Assembly: GCA_046583095.1 (NCBI GenBank)
Contig: JAYGDB010000222.1
Location: 6,710-70,709, forward strand
Reading direction: 5' to 3'
Length of the DNA stretch: 64,000 nucleotides
Source of the DNA: Myxococcota bacterium
GTDB lineage: Bacteria > Myxococcota_A > UBA9160 > UBA4427
The notes under the pieces were generated by a model. It was given only the letters and a program-made list of their open reading frames with translations, was not told the DNA's origin and did not search any database. A program made the translations under genes and the position numbers. Positions 54,588 to 61,705 of this stretch are shown one piece after another. Numbering within the stretch: position 1 is the first letter of the stretch; each line of letters opens with the position of its first letter.

Positions 54588-55394
54588 GTGATCGCACGCG
54601 GCCTCGCAGCGATGGCTGCGGCTCTACTGGTGTTCGTGTCGAGCGGGGCGAGCGGCTATCCCGGCGGGACGCCTGACTTTCAGACCGATGTGGCGCCGTT
54701 CTGCGCGGCTTGCCACTCGTCCGTGAACGTCGAATCGCTCGAGGGTGCCGGGGCCCGCGCCGAGAAGGAGCTTTCGGCGAACAAGCACTTGGCGCTGATT
54801 CTCCAGGGGCAGCGCCCGTACGAGAAGCTCGCGGTGGACGAGCGTGCGACCCTCGCCCGACAGATCCAGGCCGTCGAAGCGAATTCGAAGATCGAGTTCG
54901 TCGATTTCCCGTCCCAGGTGAAGAGCGGCGAGAGCTTCAGCATCACCGTGCTCGTGACGGGTGGCGCCGGTCCGGTGGTGGCTGTCGGTCTCGTGGACCG
55001 GGCTCACCGCTGGTACGCCCGCCCGGCGTCGTCCGCGGGCTGGGGCGTCATCGGCGCGCCGACCGTGATTGGGCCGGACGGCAAGCCCCAGAGCGACTGG
55101 CTCGAACGACGGCCCCAACAGCTGGGTCGTAGCGTCACCTTCGTGAACGTTACGGGTGTCCACTCGGACGCAGCCGCGGGCCAGTGGAGCCACTCGAAAA
55201 TCATCTACACGCTGCGCGCGCCGGCGCGGCCGGGCAACTATCCGATCGTCGGCGCCTACTTCTACGGCACCGAGAAGGCGACGGCGCTCGGGTCGAGCGA
55301 CCACCCGGTCTACGGCAAGCAGCCGCTCGGCGGCTATGGCGGCAAGTCCGGCCGGATCCAGTTCACCCAACCCCTGGTCATCACCGTCAAGTGA
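54588..55394 (+). CDS. Secreted single-heme (CAACH) protein with beta-rich C-terminal domain
   Basis: Strong GGAGG-type RBS before GTG, signal peptide, CAACH near the mature N-terminus, beta-strand-rich remainder. Confidence 0.75.
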   Translation: MIARGLAAMAAALLVFVSSGASGYPGGTPDFQTDVAPFCAACHSSVNVESLEGAGARAEKELSANKHLALILQGQRPYEKLAVDERATLARQIQAVEANSKIEFVDFPSQVKSGESFSITVLVTGGAGPVVAVGLVDRAHRWYARPASSAGWGVIGAPTVIGPDGKPQSDWLERRPQQLGRSVTFVNVTGVHSDAAAGQWSHSKIIYTLRAPARPGNYPIVGAYFYGTEKATALGSSDHPVYGKQPLGGYGGKSGRIQFTQPLVITVK

Positions 55395-57520
55395 GCGCGC
55401 CTGTGACGGGGAGGCGTTCGTGGACGGTCGTAGGGGCACTGCTGCTTTCGCTGGCATCGGGTCCGCTCGGCCTCGTGGCATGCGGCGACGACGAATTCGA
55501 GGCCGTGGCCCCGGCGCCGGTGCGGGAGGCGACACCCGCGAAGTCAGCGCGGAGCCGGCTCCGGAACGTCGCCCGGGATGTCGACGATGCCCGGCTGCGG
55601 GGCGCGGCGGCGGATCCCGCGAACTGGCTCAGCCACGGGCGCGACTACGCGGAGCAGCGCTTCAGTCCGCTCTCCCAGATCCACGCCAACAACGTGAGCC
55701 GCCTCCGGCTTGCCTGGTCGTTCGACACCGGCTTGCGGCGCGGACACGAAGCCACACCGCTCGTGGTGGATGGGGTGATGTTCGTGACCGGCTCTTGGAG
55801 CGTCGTCTTCGCCCTCGACGCCACCAGGGGGGAGGTCCTGTGGACGTATGACCCCGAGGTTTCGGAAGAAGTGGGACGCAAGGCATGCTGCGACGTCGTG
55901 AACCGCGGCGTTGCGGTCTACCGGGGACGCGTCTTCGTGGGAGCGCTCGACGGCCGGCTCATCGCGCTCGATGCCTCGACGGGCGAGCTGCAGTGGGAGA
56001 CGGTGACCGTCGATCAGGGCCAGCCGTACACGATCACCGGCGCGCCGCGGGTCGTCGCGGGCAAGGTGATCATCGGCAATGGCGGCGCCGAATTCGGTGT
56101 TCGCGGCTACGTTTCGGCCTACGACCCCGAGAACGGCGAACTCGTTTGGCGGAGCTACACGGTTCCGGGCGATCCCAGCGAGCCCTTCGAGTCGAAAGCC
56201 CTCGAGGAGGCCGCGTCGACCTGGAACGGCGAGTACTGGAAGCTCGGCGGCGGCGGCACGGCCTGGGACTCGATGGCCTACGACGCGGAACTCGGTCTCC
56301 TGTACGTCGGAACCGGCAACGGATCCCCGTGGCGCGCCGAGCTGCGGAGCCCCGGCGGCGGTGACAACCTCTTCCTGTCTTCGATCCTTGCCCTCGACCC
56401 GGAGACGGGCGAAATCCGCTGGCATTACCAGACGACGCCTGCCGACAATTGGGACTTCACAGCCACTCAGCACATGATCCTCGCCGAGTTGCCGATCGAT
56501 GGCGTACTGCGGAAGGTGATCATGCAGGCGCCGAAGAACGGCTTCTTCTACGTGCTCGACCGCGTCACCGGTGAATTCATTTCGGCCGAGGAGTACGTAC
56601 CCGTCAGCTGGGCAGACGGCGTGGATCCCGCGACGGGTCGGCCGATCCCGAACCCCAGCGGCGACTACGAGGAGGGCCTCGCCCTCGTGACGCCCATGTA
56701 CCTCGGCGGCCACAACTGGCAGCCGATGTCGTACAACCCCGTCACCGGGCTGGTCTACATCCCGGCGCAGGAGATGGCCGGGCCGTTTCGCAGGGATCCG
56801 CTCTGGGAGTTGCGGAGCGGGGAGTTCAACACCGGCGTCGACGCCACCGTTGGCACGCTCTTCTCCCGGGAGATCGTCTCGGGACACCTGCTCGCCTGGG
56901 ATCCGATCGAGCAGAAGGAAGCCTGGCGGCACCCCCACGGCATGCCCTGGAACGGCGGCACGCTCACGACTGCGGGCAACCTCGTGTTTCAGGGGACCGC
57001 GGATGGGCGCTTCCTCGCGCTGCGTGCCGACGATGGCTACCTGCTGTGGCAGAGCCACTCGGCCGGCACCGGTATCGGTGCCGCGCCGATCAGCTACCGG
57101 GTCGGGGGTGTGCAGTACGTCTCCGTCGTTGCGGGTTGGGGGGGCGCCTTCGCCCAGGTGGCCGGCGACGCATCCGCCGCGGCGCGGGTCGAGTCGAAGG
57201 GACGCGTGCTTGCCTACGCACTCGTCGACGAGACGATCACCCCGGAGGTCGTGGAATCCATGCTCGCCGCCCGGGATCCCGAGGTCGCCAAGGCTTCCGA
57301 CCTCTACCACAACTGGTGCTGGCGCTGTCACGGCGCGAATGGAATCGCCGGCGGCGTGAATCCCGACCTTCGAGACAGCGCCGCCGCTCTCGGCGACGCC
57401 TTCGTCCCGATCGTCTCGAACGGCCTCGCGGGCACCTCGATGCCCGGCTTCGCCCAGTGGCTCTCGGAGACGGAGATCCGGGTGATGCAGAAGTACCTGA
57501 TCGACCTGGCTGCCGATTAG
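55391..57520 (+). CDS. PQQ-dependent quinohemoprotein alcohol dehydrogenase (type II), probable lipoprotein
   Basis: GTGA overlap with upstream gene; lipobox-like LVACG; ACCDVVNRG, GNGGAEFGVRG, WDFTATQ, QAPKNGFFYVLDR; C-terminal CWRCH...MPGF cytochrome domain. Confidence 0.93.
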   Translation: MSAPVTGRRSWTVVGALLLSLASGPLGLVACGDDEFEAVAPAPVREATPAKSARSRLRNVARDVDDARLRGAAADPANWLSHGRDYAEQRFSPLSQIHANNVSRLRLAWSFDTGLRRGHEATPLVVDGVMFVTGSWSVVFALDATRGEVLWTYDPEVSEEVGRKACCDVVNRGVAVYRGRVFVGALDGRLIALDASTGELQWETVTVDQGQPYTITGAPRVVAGKVIIGNGGAEFGVRGYVSAYDPENGELVWRSYTVPGDPSEPFESKALEEAASTWNGEYWKLGGGGTAWDSMAYDAELGLLYVGTGNGSPWRAELRSPGGGDNLFLSSILALDPETGEIRWHYQTTPADNWDFTATQHMILAELPIDGVLRKVIMQAPKNGFFYVLDRVTGEFISAEEYVPVSWADGVDPATGRPIPNPSGDYEEGLALVTPMYLGGHNWQPMSYNPVTGLVYIPAQEMAGPFRRDPLWELRSGEFNTGVDATVGTLFSREIVSGHLLAWDPIEQKEAWRHPHGMPWNGGTLTTAGNLVFQGTADGRFLALRADDGYLLWQSHSAGTGIGAAPISYRVGGVQYVSVVAGWGGAFAQVAGDASAAARVESKGRVLAYALVDETITPEVVESMLAARDPEVAKASDLYHNWCWRCHGANGIAGGVNPDLRDSAAALGDAFVPIVSNGLAGTSMPGFAQWLSETEIRVMQKYLIDLAAD

Positions 57521-57544
57521 GCTCTCGGGCTGCGCGGCAGCCGG

Positions 57545-59008
57545 CTAGCTCTGCTTCTGGAACTCGCCCGCCGCGAGTCGGCGCATGTAGTCGTCGAGGT
57601 CCGCCTTGACCCTGCCGGTGAGCAGCAGGATGCCGGCGATGTTCGGGAAGGCCATGCCGAGGATCATGAGGTCGCCAAACTCGACAACGGCCTCCGCGGC
57701 GAAGATGGCGCCGGCCCAGGTGAAGAGCAGGAAGATCAGCTTGTAGAGGAGCACGCTGCGCAGGCCGAAGAGCTGCACCCAGCACTGCTCGCCGTAGTAG
57801 CTCCAGGAAATCATCGTGCTGAACGCAAAGGCGACGGCGGTGATCGAGAGCACGATCGGGAACCACGGAAACACCGTCGCGAACGCGAAGGAGGTCATCT
57901 GGATCCCGGTGCCGGCGTCGGGGTGCGCGTGGGCGCCGGTGACGACGATCACCGCGCCCGTCATCGCGCACACGATGATCGTGTCGATGAAGGGTTCGAG
58001 AAGGGCGACCAGACCCTCGCGCACCGGTTCGTCGGTCCGTGCTGCCGAGTGGGCGATCGCCGCCGAGCCGACACCTGCCTCGTTGCTGAACGCCGCCCGC
58101 CGGAAGCCCTGGATCAGGACGCCGACGAAGCCCCCGAGCCCCGCCTGGAACGAGAAGGCCTCTCTCACGACGATGCCGATCGCGGCCGGCACGGCCGCCG
58201 CGTTGATCGCCAGGATCAGCAGGCCCGAGGCGACGTAGATGATGCACATGACTGGGACGAGAACCGAGGCCACCTCTCCGATTCGCTTGATGCCGCCGAT
58301 GATCACCGTCCCCACCGCCAGAGCGAGAAGCAGGCCGAAGGCGACGGCGCCCGCGTCGCTGCCGAGCCACGGCGCGCTCTCCTCGAAGGTCTTCGCCACC
58401 TGGGCGAAGGCCTGGTTCGACTGGTACATGTTGCCCCCGCCGAAGCTCCCGCCGATGCACATCACTGCGAAGACCACCGCGAGGAAGCGCCCGAGTCCGC
58501 CCAGGCCCATTTCGGCGAGCCCGTCGCTCAGGTAGTGCATCGGTCCGCCCGAGATGCGCCCGTCCGCGCGCAGCACGCGGTACTTCTGGCCGAGGGTGCA
58601 CTCGACGAATTTCGAACTCATGCCGAGGAAGCCGGCAACGACCATCCAGAAGACGGCGCCCGGGCCTCCGACGCCCACCGCGAACGCCACGCCGGCGATG
58701 TTGCCGAGGCCGACGGTGGCCGAGAGGGCGGCCGAGAGTGCCTGGAAGTGGGAGATGTCGCCGGTATCGCCGGGCTGGCTGTAGCGGCCTCGCACGCAGT
58801 CGATCGCGTGACGGAATCCGCGAAAGTTGATGAATTGGAAGCGGATGGTGAAGAAGAGGGCGCCCAGCACGAGCCACAGCACGACGATCGGGAGCTGGAT
58901 TTCCGCCTCGCTCCCGTTGTCCCAGAAGGCGACGTCGAAGAACAGGACGGCGTCGATGGACGCGACGATCCGCTCCTTGAAGAACGACTCGAGGCTGTCG
59001 AGAATCAC
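57545..59008 (-). CDS. Alanine/glycine:cation symporter (AGCS family)
   Basis: ALSATVGLGNIAGVA, GGPGAVFWM, GGPMHY, FSNEAGVGS, EPFIDTI; GGGGAG RBS before GTG 59008. Confidence 0.93.
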   Translation of the reverse strand: MILDSLESFFKERIVASIDAVLFFDVAFWDNGSEAEIQLPIVVLWLVLGALFFTIRFQFINFRGFRHAIDCVRGRYSQPGDTGDISHFQALSAALSATVGLGNIAGVAFAVGVGGPGAVFWMVVAGFLGMSSKFVECTLGQKYRVLRADGRISGGPMHYLSDGLAEMGLGGLGRFLAVVFAVMCIGGSFGGGNMYQSNQAFAQVAKTFEESAPWLGSDAGAVAFGLLLALAVGTVIIGGIKRIGEVASVLVPVMCIIYVASGLLILAINAAAVPAAIGIVVREAFSFQAGLGGFVGVLIQGFRRAAFSNEAGVGSAAIAHSAARTDEPVREGLVALLEPFIDTIIVCAMTGAVIVVTGAHAHPDAGTGIQMTSFAFATVFPWFPIVLSITAVAFAFSTMISWSYYGEQCWVQLFGLRSVLLYKLIFLLFTWAGAIFAAEAVVEFGDLMILGMAFPNIAGILLLTGRVKADLDDYMRRLAAGEFQKQS

Positions 59009-59158
59009 GCGGTCTCCCCCTGAACTCGTTTCGGGCCCAACCGGACGAACCAGCCGCAGGGGGGAGAGCGGCGGCGCGAGCATACCGCCCGCCCCGCGCG
59101 CTGGCTTCGGGTCCGAACTCACTGCACGCCGCGACTGCCTGCTAAGCTCGCGCCCCGA

Positions 59159-61339
59159 ATGGAGGAATCACCCCCCGAAGCGTCTCGGACCCTGTCCGAA
59201 TTCGCGTCCAAGCAGCTGCTCGACGGCTTCGGCGTGAGCGTCACCCGTGAACGTCTCGCAGCGGACGCGGACGCCGCCGTCGCCGCCGCCGGGGCGATCG
59301 GCTTCCCGGTCGTCGTCAAGCTCTGCGGGGAACGGATCGCGCACAAGAGCGAACGCGACGGTGTGCGGCTCGGGCTCGGGGATGCGGCTGCGGTGCGCGA
59401 AGCCGCGATCGAGCTGTTCTCGCTCGTGCGACCCGAAGACGGCGACGTCTCCCTCCTCGTCGCGGAGATGGTGCGGGGTCAACGCGAGTTGATCGCGGGG
59501 CTGGTGCGGGATCCGCAGTTCGGTCCGTGCGTGATGCTCGGGCTCGGTGGCATCCTGACCGAGGCGCTCGGCGACGTCGTCTTCGCGGCAGCCCCCGTGA
59601 GCGAACGAGACGCCCACCGGATGATTGGCTCGCTGGCTGCGAGCCATCTGATCACCGGCAGTTTCCGCGGCGATCCTGCGGTCGATTCCGATGCCCTCGT
59701 CGAGATCCTCGTGGGCCTCTCCCGGCTGGCCCGCGAGCGTCCGGACATCGCGTCGGTTGATCTGAATCCGTTGATCGTCGCCGGGGACCGGCCGATTGCG
59801 GTCGACGCGCTGGTCGAGCTACGCGACGCGGTGGACGAGACTCCGGAGCCGCTTCCCGAGAGAAGCGCCGAGCCAGAACAGGTCCTGGAACGCTTCCGCC
59901 CACTCTTCCACCCGCGTGGCATCGCGGTCGCGGGTGTCTCGGGCCATCCCGGCAAGTTCGGCTTCGTGACGTTCCACAACCTGCTTCGCTTCGGCTACGC
60001 GGGAAAGCTCTTCGCCATCAAGCCCGACGGAGCCGAGGTGCTCGGGCGCGAGACCTACACGTCGGTGGATGCGATCCCCGACCAGCAGGCCGAGCTGGTC
60101 TTCGTATGCACGCCGAACCACGTGAACGTCCAGCTGCTGCGGGATTGCGCGAAGAAGGGCGTTCGAGCTGCCTTCGTGGCGAGTGCCGGGTACGCGGAAT
60201 CCGGCGACAACGGGCGCGAGCTGCAACGGGAGTTGGTGGCGGTGGCGGACGAACTCGGCATGCTCCTGGTCGGCCCGAATGGCCAGGGGGTGGTCTCCAC
60301 GAAGGACTCGATGTGCGCCCAGATCGTCCCGCCGTACCCGCCCGCCGGGCGCATCGGTGTCGCGAGCCAGAGCGGCAACCTCGTCTCTTCGTACCTCAAC
60401 TACGCGGTCGCCACCGGAGTGGGCATCAGCAAGGCCGTTTCGCTGGGCAACTCGGCGCAGACCTCCCTCGCAGATCTGCTCGATTACTTCGCCGTCGACC
60501 CGGACACGGACGTCGTGTTGGTGTACGTCGAGGGCATCGAAGACGGACGCGACTTCCAGCGCGCCGCGCGCCGACTCACACGCAGCAAGCCGCTGGTACT
60601 CGTAAAGGGGGGTGTCGGGGAGGCCGGTAAGCGTGCTGCCGCAAGCCACACGGGTGCTCTCGCGAGCGACGACCGGATCTTCGACGGCATCTGCAGGCAG
60701 CTCGGAATCCTGCGGGCTGAGACCATCGAGGAGGCGTTCGAATGGGCCGCCACGCTGGCGACGCAGCCGCTGCCGCGAGGCAAACGCACTGTCGTCTTCA
60801 CCAGCGTAGGCGGTTGGGGGGTGCTCGGCGCCGACGCCTGCCAGGCGGCTGGGCTCGATCTCGTGCCGTTGCCCGATGACGTGCGCGCGCGGATCGACGA
60901 GATGGTCCCGGCCCGTTGGAGCCGCAACAACCCGATCGATCTCGCCGGCGGCGAGACGCGCGACACCATTCCCGAGGTGATGGAACTGCTGTGCGCGCAT
61001 CCCGAGATCGACGCCGTCGTTCACCTCGGTCTCGGGATCCAGGCCGCGCAGGCGCGTGCGTTTCAATCGGGCCCGTTTCACCCGGACTACGGCATCGGGC
61101 GCATCGCGGAGTTCCACGAGCGACAAGATGCGCGCTACGCCGCAACGGCGCGCGACGTTTCAGAGCGCCACGGCAAGCCCGTGCTGTGTGCGACCGAGCT
61201 CGTATCTGCGGATCGGGAGAACGCCGGCGTGCGCGGGGTTCGGGAAGTCGGCCGCATTTGCTACCCGAGCGCTCACCGGGCGGTCGGGGCCCTTGCCGCC
61301 CTGACCCGCTGGGCGGACTTCGCGGGCGGTCGCGACTGA
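59159..61339 (+). CDS. ADP-forming acyl-CoA ligase, ATP-grasp domain N-terminal (beta-alpha fusion)
   Basis: LSEFASKQLL, AHKSERDGV, RDPQFGP, DLNP, then CoA-binding GPNGQG, SQSG, AASHTG. Confidence 0.88.
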   Translation: MEESPPEASRTLSEFASKQLLDGFGVSVTRERLAADADAAVAAAGAIGFPVVVKLCGERIAHKSERDGVRLGLGDAAAVREAAIELFSLVRPEDGDVSLLVAEMVRGQRELIAGLVRDPQFGPCVMLGLGGILTEALGDVVFAAAPVSERDAHRMIGSLAASHLITGSFRGDPAVDSDALVEILVGLSRLARERPDIASVDLNPLIVAGDRPIAVDALVELRDAVDETPEPLPERSAEPEQVLERFRPLFHPRGIAVAGVSGHPGKFGFVTFHNLLRFGYAGKLFAIKPDGAEVLGRETYTSVDAIPDQQAELVFVCTPNHVNVQLLRDCAKKGVRAAFVASAGYAESGDNGRELQRELVAVADELGMLLVGPNGQGVVSTKDSMCAQIVPPYPPAGRIGVASQSGNLVSSYLNYAVATGVGISKAVSLGNSAQTSLADLLDYFAVDPDTDVVLVYVEGIEDGRDFQRAARRLTRSKPLVLVKGGVGEAGKRAAASHTGALASDDRIFDGICRQLGILRAETIEEAFEWAATLATQPLPRGKRTVVFTSVGGWGVLGADACQAAGLDLVPLPDDVRARIDEMVPARWSRNNPIDLAGGETRDTIPEVMELLCAHPEIDAVVHLGLGIQAAQARAFQSGPFHPDYGIGRIAEFHERQDARYAATARDVSERHGKPVLCATELVSADRENAGVRGVREVGRICYPSAHRAVGALAALTRWADFAGGRD

Positions 61340-61540
61340 ATACATGCCGATCGGCTCCACCCGCGGGGTGCTGCCAGTGTCAGCTGCGATCGGTCGTTAG
61401 AAACTCCACTCGGTCACAACCTTACGAGCGCCCCGTCCGACACCGAGCCGTGTGCAAGCCACGCCCGGCGAGTTCGCGGGAGCGAGATCAGAACGCTGGT
61501 TCAGGGCCGTCGGGGAGCCGCAACTCGGCTTGGAAATGTT

Positions 61541-61570
61541 TTGACTTGCGAAGGAAATTATTCGTAAGAT
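61541..61570 (+). promoter_or_regulatory. Sigma70-like promoter with overlapping inverted repeat
   Basis: TTGACT-N18-TAAGAT; CTTGCGAA-N8-TTCGTAAG (61545-61568) is a near-perfect inverted repeat with one mismatch. Confidence 0.6.
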
Positions 61571-61705
61571 GCGCGCATGGTTGCGGCCGATTTGTGCACC
61601 CTCGCCCGGAGACGGGGAAGGGGTGGCTTGACGCCGCGCCGGTCTGCCGTCGTCCGGCGGGGAATGCGTACCGAGAACAGCATGACAGGAAATAGAGGAG
61701 ACCAA

